Positions 47,276 through 55,009 of a DNA stretch of 64,000 nucleotides are shown here, piece by piece. The notes under the pieces were generated by a model, which was given only the letters and a program-made list of their open reading frames with translations, did no database searches and was not told the DNA's origin. The first letter of the stretch is position 1, and each line of letters begins with the position of its first letter. This DNA is from an uncultured Candidatus Saccharibacteria bacterium (lineage in GTDB: Bacteria; Patescibacteriota; Saccharimonadia; Saccharimonadales; Saccharimonadaceae), in the NCBI GenBank assembly GCA_963551825.1, contig CAUVHJ010000001.1, forward strand, positions 25,833 to 89,832. Direction: 5' to 3'. The position numbers and the translations under genes are program-made.

Positions 47276-47351
47276 TGGTCGGGGTGATCCGACTCGAACG
47301 GACGACCTCCGCGTCCCAAACGCGGCGCGCTACCAACTGCGCCACACCCCG
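47276..47351 (-). tRNA. tRNA-Pro (anticodon UGG), CCA encoded
   Basis: The reverse complement folds with acceptor CGGGGTG/CACCCCG, anticodon stem CCGCG/CGCGG and loop TTTGGGA, and T arm GTCCG TTCGAGT CGGAT. Confidence 0.9.
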
Positions 47352-47402
47352 ACTAACTACCCATGTCTTTCGGCGCAAAACTTAGCTACAGTCTGAATTA
47401 TA

Positions 47403-48122
47403 TCAGACTTCCGCCGTGATGTCAGCGTTAGTGTGGACGCCGGTCACATCATCCAGGTCATCAAGGGCGTTTAGCAGGCGCAACGCTCGGGCGGCTTTGT
47501 CCGGATCGCTGATTTCGACTTGAGTCTTACCGACATATTCCAGTCCGGCATCAGCTACCGTTAGCCCGGCGTCGACAATGGCTTGGCGTACTTGATGAAG
47601 ATCTCGCATGTCGGTAATAGCGGTAATTTCCTTGTCGTCATCAGTGGCGTCTTCCGCTCCGGCATCCAGGATAGTCATCAGCGCTTCATCGCCGGTTGCC
47701 TCGACACGGATAACGCCTTTATGGTCAAACTGAAAAGCCACCGAGCCCGGGTCGGCGATGGTGCCGCCGTTCTTAGTCAGGGTGGTGCGTACCTCGGGCA
47801 AAGTGCGGTTGCGATTATCGGTCGCCGTCTCAATGATAATCCCGATGCCGCCTGGACCATAAGCCTCGTAGACTATCTCCTCCAGAGCTGAGGCGTTTTT
47901 GTCGCTGACTCGGTCGATGGCTCGCTGGATGTTAGAAGCGGGCATGTTGGCATGCTTGGCTTTGTCGATGGCGAGGGCTAGGGCAGGGTTCATGTCGGGG
48001 TCTGTTCCTTTGCGGGCGGCGATGGCGATCATGTTGCCCAGTTTGGTGAAGACAGCGCCTCGTTTGGCGTCGACTACTGCTTTCTGCCTTTTGGTTGTCT
48101 CCCATTTGCTGTGTCCTGACAT
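47403..48122 (-). CDS. yebC: YebC/PmpR-family DNA-binding regulator
   Basis: The N-terminus MSGHSKWETTKRQKAVVDAKRG and the length are typical of the family. Confidence 0.92.
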   Translation of the reverse strand: MSGHSKWETTKRQKAVVDAKRGAVFTKLGNMIAIAARKGTDPDMNPALALAIDKAKHANMPASNIQRAIDRVSDKNASALEEIVYEAYGPGGIGIIIETATDNRNRTLPEVRTTLTKNGGTIADPGSVAFQFDHKGVIRVEATGDEALMTILDAGAEDATDDDKEITAITDMRDLHQVRQAIVDAGLTVADAGLEYVGKTQVEISDPDKAARALRLLNALDDLDDVTGVHTNADITAEV

Positions 48123-48230
48123 AGTTTTTACTCCTGACTATTTAAGCTCAGTATAATTATACCAGCAGTTAGGAGCAGGTGGTACAGAGGAACACACATA
48201 GTCGTCTCATTGTATTGCTCGTTAGACCCC

Positions 48231-48355
48231 TCATTCTTCATCTGCATCATCATTTCCTTCAGACCCGCCCGGCTGCTCGTGTGCTGCTGAGCTTCAAGCG
48301 CACACAGTCTTCAGGAAATGACTAATAGAGTGAAGGACAACAGACACCCTTGGAT
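48231..48355. ncRNA. Long imperfect hairpin element, copy 1 (candidate small RNA or MITE/REP-like element)
   Basis: The arms are cttcatct...tcatttccttcagac and gtcttcaggaaatga...agagtgaag, with an inner stem gtgtgc/gcacac. It is paralogous to 48419..48545. Confidence 0.4.
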
Positions 48356-48418
48356 GCGTCTATCAGGCATTCAGAGCAGGCTGTATAGCCTTCTCAGTTC
48401 TACTACCTAGGCAACCTC

Positions 48419-48545
48419 TCACTCTTCGTCTCGTCATCATTTCCTTCAGACCCGCCTGGCTGGCTCGTGTGCTGCTGTGCTACAAGCGCACACAGTCTTC
48501 AGGAAATGACTGACGCAGACGAAGGACGAAAGACACCCTTTGAGG
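48419..48545. ncRNA. Long imperfect hairpin element, copy 2
   Basis: The architecture matches copy 1, 188 nt downstream. The outer stem is cttcgtct/agacgaag plus cgtca/tgacg. Confidence 0.4.
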
Positions 48546-48561
48546 TAGAAGGAAGGTTATT

Positions 48562-48769
48562 GTCTGTAATTTCCCCGGTCTCATTCCATAGTTGGACCTC
48601 AATCTAAGTAAACATTCCTGGGTACGAGTAGTACAGTGTGGTTGACGAAGGCTGTTGATATATCGGTAAGCTAGCCAGTGCACGTGGTAGTTTATGCGGT
48701 GCCAAGCCTGAGGAGACCACCTGTACTGCTCGCACAGAGAAGAGCTATGTGTGGAGGGAAATTACAGGC
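48562..48769. ncRNA. Candidate structured RNA of about 200 nt (nested long-range helices), class unknown
   Basis: A 14-bp helix pairs gtctgtaatttccc (48562..48575) with gggaaattacaggc (48756..48769). It encloses a second helix pairing cgagtagtacagtgtgg (~48624..48640) with ccacctgtactgctcg (~48717..48732). No convincing ORF is present. Confidence 0.35.
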
Positions 48770-48795
48770 ACTAAGGTGTTAATACAGATGCTGGG

Positions 48796-48824
48796 TTGAC
48801 ACTACGCTGTTATTATGCTAATGT
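48796..48824 (+). promoter_or_regulatory. Candidate promoter TTGACA-N17-TGcTAATGT for the 48880 operon
   Basis: TTGACA is at 48796..48801, with an extended -10 at 48816..48824. Confidence 0.45.
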
Positions 48825-48879
48825 ATAGACTAGTTATTAAGTCAAGCATCATGCTAGAAAGGATTATCGGGCAAGGCTT

Positions 48880-49524
48880 ATGAATAACATGAATCATCCC
48901 AGTCATGACTACCAGCTACCTAATGATAGCTTTCTCTATAATCTAGACGTCAATGACTGGTCGATGCTGGCGCATCCGGAAGAAACAGATCAGCCCAATG
49001 ACGACCGGACTGGTGACGACCGGGCTGATAAAGCAGATGATAGCTCTGACGGTAATCTAAGTGACGGTCATGGCTACTCTCTCGAGATTTCCGCTATAGA
49101 CCCGGAGCTTGAACAAATGATGCTGGAGATAGAATATGGGCGACGGAAACTGGAAGAGCTGGAACGGATGCTACCGGAGACAAGGTGGTTGCTACGAGAG
49201 TTTGAGGAGCGAACCTCATGTCAGACATTTCCACTAGATTTGGAGCTTGAACAAGCGACACTGGAGGCAGAACAAGTGCGACAGCAACTGGAAAAGTCAG
49301 AGCAGATGCTACAAGAGGCGAGGCAGTTAATACAAGGGCTTGAGGAATCAGAGGAACAAGGTCCACATCAGACACTTCAACCGGATGCTAAGCGAGAAAG
49401 CCCCAAGAGGACTACGTCCCTGACGTTAGATGATCCGGAAGAGTTAAGGAATCGACCTTACCATAGTCAATTCAAAGAGATGAATCAAGGCATCGACTGG
49501 GGCTACGGCATGGGTCGTCGCTAG
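48880..49524 (+). CDS. Acidic hypothetical protein with two ~46-aa coiled-coil repeats
   Basis: The repeats are DPELEQMMLEIEYGRRKLEELERMLPETRWLLREFEE and DLELEQATLEAEQVRQQLEKSEQMLQEARQLIQGLEE. The N-terminus is D-rich. Confidence 0.5.
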   Translation: MNNMNHPSHDYQLPNDSFLYNLDVNDWSMLAHPEETDQPNDDRTGDDRADKADDSSDGNLSDGHGYSLEISAIDPELEQMMLEIEYGRRKLEELERMLPETRWLLREFEERTSCQTFPLDLELEQATLEAEQVRQQLEKSEQMLQEARQLIQGLEESEEQGPHQTLQPDAKRESPKRTTSLTLDDPEELRNRPYHSQFKEMNQGIDWGYGMGRR

Positions 49525-49600
49525 TCTGCGACCGGGTGATTACGTCTGCCCGAGCGCCGTTACCTCTCTTGGTACTGGATGGCTGTAGTATAATACAGTT

Positions 49601-49987
49601 ATGGTTATCATTAGTTTGCTGTCTTGGTGGTACTCGGAGGGCTGGTTGGAGCAAATCAGCTTAACCAAGCGGTCATTCATCAAGCTGGCAGACAAGTTTA
49701 GCATCGGTATGCTGCTCAGGACGCTCTTTGCTCCCTTTCGTCAGATCTCAGTAGGCGAGCAGGCGGGCAAGACTGCCAGTCTGGCCAGTGTCATTGCCGA
49801 CAAGCTAATTAGTCGTCTGGTCGGTAGCGTGATGCGACTGGTCATGGTCTTCGTCGGGACGCTGGCTCTGATTATCTACGCCATCATTAGCGTACTCCGC
49901 TTAGCCGGCTGGCCGCTTTTGCCATTAGCGCCGGTGCTGGGTCTGATCTTGATGGTTAGCGTGGGGGCGCCGTGGAAAATAATCTAG
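49601..49987 (+). CDS. Small membrane protein, hypothetical
   Basis: A TATAAT box (49589..49594) lies 6 nt before the ATG. Hydrophobic segments include LVMVFVGTLALIIYAIISVL and LLPLAPVLGLILMVSV. The gene overlaps the next gene by 16 nt. Confidence 0.45.
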   Translation: MVIISLLSWWYSEGWLEQISLTKRSFIKLADKFSIGMLLRTLFAPFRQISVGEQAGKTASLASVIADKLISRLVGSVMRLVMVFVGTLALIIYAIISVLRLAGWPLLPLAPVLGLILMVSVGAPWKII

Positions 49988-52407
49988 ACTATCGGCTGAA
50001 TTATCGGGCTAACCGGGCGATTGAGGCGAGATATTGTCAGCGCTTTGGCAAGCTGACTCGGGCTATTACTCTGGTCGGGGCTATCCTGCTGTCGTTGCTG
50101 GGCATAGTTCTGTTGCTGGCGGGCATGGCAATCGGCTGGCTGGTATTGATGCTGGCGGGCTGGTCGCTGGTGCCATATCTGTGGCTACGCTCTCGGCTGA
50201 GGGATATGCCGGCGACCAAACAGCCTCGCAACATCGGTGACATTTTATCGCTGGAAGTACTGGGCTTGTTGCCCCAAGATCCTAACCCTCACACCATCAT
50301 TGAGGCACTAGCCGGTAGCGGTGGAGCGAAGTTTCTGGCTAATCGTCTAGGCATCCCGATTCAGCAGGTAGTCCAGTTGACACCGGCTGATCCCGGCTTG
50401 ACGGAGAGTGTCTGGCGAGAGTCAATCAACATCTGGTCTCACCTGCCTGAGCGAACCAGCACGATTCCTTCGGTAGTGGTAGTGGCGGCTATCATCCGCC
50501 TCAACCCCGACTGTACCGACATCCTTAACAATCTGCGGATAGACGCCAGCGATGTCTATCGAGGTGTGGAATGGCTGGAGCATTGGGAGATGCAGGCGAG
50601 GCGCAGTAGCGATCTGAAGCTGACCGGCGGGGTTGCTCGGGACTGGTCATTTGGCTATATCCCCACCCTGGAGCATTTTGGTACCAATCTGAGCCTCAAG
50701 TATTCTGAGGGACGACGGTCAATGGCGGGTAATCTGATGCGCAACCGATTACTGGTCGATGATATGATTAAATATCTTTCTAGCAATGCTCGACGTAACG
50801 TGGCGCTGATCGGACCGTTAGGAGTGGGTAAATCTACCGTAGTGGAGGCGCTGGCCGATATCCTGATGGACTCCAAATCGGGTGCGTCATCTGACGTCAA
50901 GTTTAACCAGGTCTTTATGTTGGATGCCTCGGCGATAATCTCGGTAGCTAATGCCAGAGGTGAGATTGAGCAACTGATCGGTCGTTTACTCTCCGAAGCA
51001 TATCGAGCCAAGAACATCATCCTTTTTCTAGATAATGCCGAGTTATTTATGTCCGACGGTACCGGCTCGGTCGATCTGTCCAATCTACTTCAGCCGGCAA
51101 TTGAGGGCGGCGGACTCAAGCTGATCATGGCGATGGAGGAGCAGCGGTTCCTCCAGATTGCTCAGGCCAAGCCGGCACTGACCAGCGCTCTTAACCGGAT
51201 CGAGATCACTCCGACCGACGACAACGACACCATCAGAGTACTGGAAGATCGGATAATCCCACTGGAGTATGGTAGTACGACGCTCTTCACCTATCAGGCG
51301 CTGACTGAGGCGTATCGCTTGTCTAATCGCTACATCCATGACGTGGCTCAGCCTAGAGCCTCGGTTCAATTACTGGAGAGTGCCGCTCAGCGAGCTTCGG
51401 GCGGGGTGGTTAACCCTAGCGTGGTAGCGCATACTATCGAGCAAACCCTAGGTATCAAGGTCGGAGGCAATCTACAGAGCGGTGATGCTCAAGCTGAGAA
51501 AGATAAGCTGCTTCACCTGGAGGAATTAATTCATCAGCGGATGATCAATCAGACTAAGGCGGTCTCAGCGGTGGCATCAGCCCTGCGTCGGGCTAGGGCG
51601 GGGGTACGCAATGAGAACCGTCCGATCGGCACTTTCCTCTTTCTCGGTCCGACCGGTGTCGGTAAAACTGAGCTGGCTAAGTCGCTGGCGGCAGTCTATT
51701 TCTCAGGCGAGGATCATTTAGTCCGGATTGATCTGAACGAATATGTCCGGGCGGAAGATGTGGCTCGCTTGATTGCCGATGGAGCGACCGACCCGATGTC
51801 GCTATCGGCTCAGGTGCAAAAGGATCCCTTCAGCGTGGTGCTGCTGGACGAGATTGAGAAAGCTCACCCCAACGTACTGACGACTTTGCTACAGGTGCTG
51901 GACGAGGGAGTGCTAAGGGATATTAACAACCGACCGATTAGCTTCCGAGACACTATCCTGATCGCTACCAGCAATGCCGGGGCGGATAAGATCAGGCAGT
52001 ACATCGAGGCCGGCTATCAGCTGGAGCAATTTAGCGAGCAGATTCAAAACGAGCTGATTAGCTCGGGGCAATTCAAGCCGGAGTTTCTTAACCGTTTTGA
52101 CGAGATCGCTGTCTTCAGACCGCTGACCAAGCCGGAGCTACTACAGGTGATTGACTTGATCTTAGTCGGGATCAACAAGAACCTGGCTAACCAGAAGGTC
52201 GCCGTGGCAGTTGATGATCAGGCGAAGTTGGCACTGGTGGAGGCCGGCTATGATCCCCGTCTGGGTGCTCGACCGATGCGTCGAGTGGTACAGCGTACGG
52301 TCGAGAATATCGTCGCCGAGAAGATCCTGACCGGCGAACTGGTGCCGGGCTCAGGTATCCGCCTTAGCCTAGCCGACATCCAGGCGAGCCTGGCGAAAGA
52401 TGGCTAG
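49972..52407 (+). CDS. Membrane-anchored Clp/Hsp100-like double-AAA+ ATPase (no M-domain and no ClpP-docking tripeptide seen)
   Basis: The start is GTG. There are two N-terminal TM helices (AITLVGAILLSLLGIVLLLAG, WLVLMLAGWSLVPYLWL). D1 has Walker A GPLGVGKS but Walker B ILFLDNAE (Asn in place of the catalytic Glu). D2 has GPTGVGKT and VVLLDEIEKAHP intact. Confidence 0.8.
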   Translation: MENNLDYRLNYRANRAIEARYCQRFGKLTRAITLVGAILLSLLGIVLLLAGMAIGWLVLMLAGWSLVPYLWLRSRLRDMPATKQPRNIGDILSLEVLGLLPQDPNPHTIIEALAGSGGAKFLANRLGIPIQQVVQLTPADPGLTESVWRESINIWSHLPERTSTIPSVVVVAAIIRLNPDCTDILNNLRIDASDVYRGVEWLEHWEMQARRSSDLKLTGGVARDWSFGYIPTLEHFGTNLSLKYSEGRRSMAGNLMRNRLLVDDMIKYLSSNARRNVALIGPLGVGKSTVVEALADILMDSKSGASSDVKFNQVFMLDASAIISVANARGEIEQLIGRLLSEAYRAKNIILFLDNAELFMSDGTGSVDLSNLLQPAIEGGGLKLIMAMEEQRFLQIAQAKPALTSALNRIEITPTDDNDTIRVLEDRIIPLEYGSTTLFTYQALTEAYRLSNRYIHDVAQPRASVQLLESAAQRASGGVVNPSVVAHTIEQTLGIKVGGNLQSGDAQAEKDKLLHLEELIHQRMINQTKAVSAVASALRRARAGVRNENRPIGTFLFLGPTGVGKTELAKSLAAVYFSGEDHLVRIDLNEYVRAEDVARLIADGATDPMSLSAQVQKDPFSVVLLDEIEKAHPNVLTTLLQVLDEGVLRDINNRPISFRDTILIATSNAGADKIRQYIEAGYQLEQFSEQIQNELISSGQFKPEFLNRFDEIAVFRPLTKPELLQVIDLILVGINKNLANQKVAVAVDDQAKLALVEAGYDPRLGARPMRRVVQRTVENIVAEKILTGELVPGSGIRLSLADIQASLAKDG

Positions 52408-52483
52408 AGGGCAAGTTAATAATGGGGCTTCCCTCGGGCTAAGGAGCACTAGACTAGTAGTGTGAATCCTTGATCGCTATCAT

Positions 52484-52520
52484 GCGCTAGATATGGTTTT
52501 GCTATCTAGCGCATTTTATT
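52484..52520 (+). terminator. Rho-independent terminator after the Clp-like gene
   Basis: The stem gcgctagata/tatctagcgc closes a 9-nt loop and is followed by attttatt. Confidence 0.6.
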
Positions 52521-52561
52521 ATAATTAGGTCATTATTAACCGTAATGTTGGAGAGGTGTAA

Positions 52562-53098
52562 ATGAAGAATCTAGAGATAGAGAAGCGATACCTGGTGAAA
52601 GGTGGTGGTTTTGATCAACTTGATGATATCAAGCCTTATATTGTCACTGGCTCTGAAGTGGTAATGAATGACTATTACGTACCCAACGGAGATGAGCACA
52701 AGGATCTACGCCTGCGCCACAAAGGTGACCGCTACGTCATCACTCGCAAGCGACCGATTAAGGAGGGCGATACGACGACAATGATGGAAACGACCATCCC
52801 GCTGTCGAGCGAAGAGTTTACGGCGCTCAGTAGCGGCATCTCGACTAACGTTCAGAAGAGCCGTTATACTGTCGATATGCTTGGTCGTCAGGCAGATCTA
52901 GATATCTTCTCGGGTAGGCATGACGGCTTGATCGTGATTGAGTTCGAGTTCAAAGATGAATCAGACCTAGCTAAGTTTATGAAAGAGACGAAGCTGGACT
53001 TGCCTGATGTGACTAATGTTGAATGGTTGGCTGGCGGACGTCTAGCTGAAACATCGCTAAAAGACATAGAGTCCAAGCTGAAAAGCTTAAATAAATAG
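52562..53098 (+). CDS. CYTH-domain protein (triphosphate tunnel metalloenzyme)
   Basis: An N-terminal ExExK motif (EIEKRYLV) and alternating charged beta-strands (RLRHKGDRYVITRK, GLIVIEFEF) are present. Confidence 0.75.
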   Translation: MKNLEIEKRYLVKGGGFDQLDDIKPYIVTGSEVVMNDYYVPNGDEHKDLRLRHKGDRYVITRKRPIKEGDTTTMMETTIPLSSEEFTALSSGISTNVQKSRYTVDMLGRQADLDIFSGRHDGLIVIEFEFKDESDLAKFMKETKLDLPDVTNVEWLAGGRLAETSLKDIESKLKSLNK

Positions 53099-53114
53099 AG
53101 CCCGCACTTATACT

Positions 53115-53176
53115 ACATGGGGCGTCTGACAGGATTCGAAGGCTTCTTTGCTGGCGCAAAGTCGCAGGTTCAGCCT
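53115..53176. repeat. 62-nt repeat, copy 1, beginning with a pseudo-copy of the tRNA-His 3' end
   Basis: Positions 53116..53140 equal 53334..53358, which cover the tRNA-His 3' 23 nt plus 2 flanking nt. The remaining 36 nt are unrelated to the tRNA and identical in copy 2. Confidence 0.85.
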
Positions 53177-53224
53177 TAGGCGTCAACAAGCCTTTTCTTA
53201 AAAATAATACCTATCGCATCAATC

Positions 53225-53286
53225 ACATGGGGCGTCTGACAGGATTCGAAGGCTTCTTTGCTGGCGCAAAGTCGCAGGTTCAGCCT
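53225..53286. repeat. 62-nt repeat, copy 2 (100 percent identical to copy 1)
   Basis: The sequence is identical to 53115..53176. The period is 110 nt, and the genuine tRNA end follows 108 nt later. Confidence 0.85.
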
Positions 53287-53335
53287 GGGGAGTTTATAAG
53301 ACCTTCGTCGTTCGGACGTAACTGTAATAATCGCA

Positions 53336-53413
53336 TGGGGCGTCTGACAGGATTCGAACCTGCGACCTCCGGAGCCACAATCCAGCGCTCTAACCAGCTG
53401 AGCTACAAACGCC
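53336..53413 (-). tRNA. tRNA-His (anticodon GUG) with encoded G-1 and CCA
   Basis: The reverse complement folds with G-1, acceptor GCGTTTG/CAGACGC, discriminator C, anticodon stem CTGGA/TCCGG with loop TTGTGGC, and T arm GCAGG TTCGAAT CCTGT. Confidence 0.9.
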
Positions 53414-53431
53414 ACGCACAGGTATTATATA

Positions 53432-54964
53432 TCAAATCTCACGGAAAGTCTCAATCTGCGCTCCGAGGGAGTTCAGCCGGTCGTAAAAATCTTGGTAGCC
53501 TCGGTTGATATTGTAGACATCACGCAGCGTCGATGTACCCGGTGTGGCCAGCATAGCCAGCAGGATTACCACGCTGGGTCTCAGAGCCGGTGGGGCGACT
53601 ACATCGGCAGCTCGCCAATGTGTCGGACCGGTGATATAGACTCGGTGCGGATCAACCAGCTCGACTTGAGCGTTGAGGCGATTTAGCTCAGTCAGATAGA
53701 TTGAGCGGTTCTCGTACGCCCAGTCGTGGATCAGGGTGCGTCCTCGGGCAACGGTGGCTGCTAATGCCATGAAGGGTAGATTGTCCAGATTGATACCGGG
53801 GAAGGGTAGAGCGGTGATCTTGTCGGTGGGGGCGACCAGCTGAGATTTTCGGACGGTGACATCAACCAGCCTGGTTTTGCCATTGGTTGATAGATAGACG
53901 GGTGACTGCTGATAATCTAGCCCCATCTGCCCGAGCGTGGCAAGCTCTAGCTCAAGGAACTCGACGGGGCAGCGACGGACGGTGATATTTGACCCGGTGA
54001 TGATGCCGGCAGTGATAAAGCTCATAGCTTCGATCGGGTCTTCGCTGACCTGATATTCGACATTTTGATTGATCTGCTTGACGCCTTTGATGGTCAGGAC
54101 GGTAGTGCCGATACCGTCAATCTGAACGCCGAGCTTTTGTAGGAAGAAGCAAATATCCTGCACCATATAGTTAGGACTGGCGTTGCGGATCACCGTGGTA
54201 GCGGGGCAAAGTGCCGCTGCCATGATCACGTTCTCAGTCGCAGTGTCACCTCGCTCGATCAGGATGATGTCTTTATCAGGCTGTCGAGGTCGGACAGTGG
54301 CGTGGTAGCAGGTGGCACTGGCGGGTACATCAACGTTCATGCCGAAGGCGCTCAGCCCGACCAGGTGAGGCTTGACTGTGCGCACACCTAGCGAGCAACC
54401 CCCGGCGAAAGGCAGGCGAAAATCATTACACTGGTGAAGCAGCGGTCCGAGAAACATCAGGATGGAGCGAGTCCGCTTGGCGGCGGCTGTGTCCATCCGG
54501 TCTAACTGTAGCTGAGTCGGAGGGCAGATCTCCAGGTCGTTTTGGCGATTGAGCCATTTGGTCTTGACGCCGATGGAGTTGAGTACCTCAATGATGCGGT
54601 TGACTTCTTCGATCCTAGCCACCCGACGCAAGACAGTCTTGCCCTTATTAAGGAGTGAGGCGCAAAGCAAGCCGACTCCGGCGTTTTTACTGGTATTAAC
54701 TGAGATGCTACCATTTAGCTGATTGCCACCGTGGATGCGTAGGCTAAGCTTGCTGGAGCTACTGAGGCTGATAATCTCGCTATTGAGTACTCCTGAGATG
54801 CGAGCGATTAGCTCCAGGCTGATATTTTGCGCCCCTTTTTCGATCCGATTGATGGCTGATTGAGAAGTGCCGAGCTCATCAGCCAGCTGAGCCTGAGTCA
54901 GACCACGGTTGATCCGTAGTTCAGCGATCAGCTTACCGATCTTAACACGGTAGTCGTAAGGCAT
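53432..54964 (-). CDS. murA: XRE-family HTH domain fused to UDP-N-acetylglucosamine 1-carboxyvinyltransferase (MurA)
   Basis: The N-terminus is IGKLIAELRINRGLTQAQLADELGTSQSAINRIEKGAQNISLELI (HTH_3-like). The MurA body has SKNAG (Lys22 equivalent), FAGGCSLGVRTVKPH (Cys115 equivalent), SEDPIE, ALRPS and the C-terminus INRGYQDFYDRLNSLGAQIE. Confidence 0.8.
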   Translation of the reverse strand: MPYDYRVKIGKLIAELRINRGLTQAQLADELGTSQSAINRIEKGAQNISLELIARISGVLNSEIISLSSSSKLSLRIHGGNQLNGSISVNTSKNAGVGLLCASLLNKGKTVLRRVARIEEVNRIIEVLNSIGVKTKWLNRQNDLEICPPTQLQLDRMDTAAAKRTRSILMFLGPLLHQCNDFRLPFAGGCSLGVRTVKPHLVGLSAFGMNVDVPASATCYHATVRPRQPDKDIILIERGDTATENVIMAAALCPATTVIRNASPNYMVQDICFFLQKLGVQIDGIGTTVLTIKGVKQINQNVEYQVSEDPIEAMSFITAGIITGSNITVRRCPVEFLELELATLGQMGLDYQQSPVYLSTNGKTRLVDVTVRKSQLVAPTDKITALPFPGINLDNLPFMALAATVARGRTLIHDWAYENRSIYLTELNRLNAQVELVDPHRVYITGPTHWRAADVVAPPALRPSVVILLAMLATPGTSTLRDVYNINRGYQDFYDRLNSLGAQIETFREI

Positions 54965-54976
54965 AGCACTAGTATC

Positions 54977-54996
54977 TTATATCACATGTGATATAA
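54977..54996. promoter_or_regulatory. 20-bp perfect palindrome ttatatcacatgtgatataa overlapping the HTH-murA -10 region (candidate operator)
   Basis: The inverted repeat is perfect and lies 12 nt upstream of the start codon. Each half reads TGaTATAAg, which resembles an extended -10. Confidence 0.5.
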
Positions 54997-55009
54997 AGGC
55001 AATTAGGCG

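Noticed and set aside
47365-47395. The hairpin agtctga-attata-tcagact next to the yebC stop, as a terminator.
   Set aside because: The stem is only 7 bp and no T-tract follows on the relevant (minus) strand, so it is too weak to call.
53115-53413. Whether the regularly spaced ~110-nt repeats could be a CRISPR array.
   Set aside because: There are only two full copies. The repeat is 62 nt long and begins with a tRNA 3' fragment. No cas genes are present. No CRISPR-like arrays were seen anywhere in the window.
53176-53508. ORFs 53176..53415 (minus strand) and 53227..53508 (plus strand).
   Set aside because: They are translations of tRNA-His and of the tRNA-derived 62-nt repeats, not genes.
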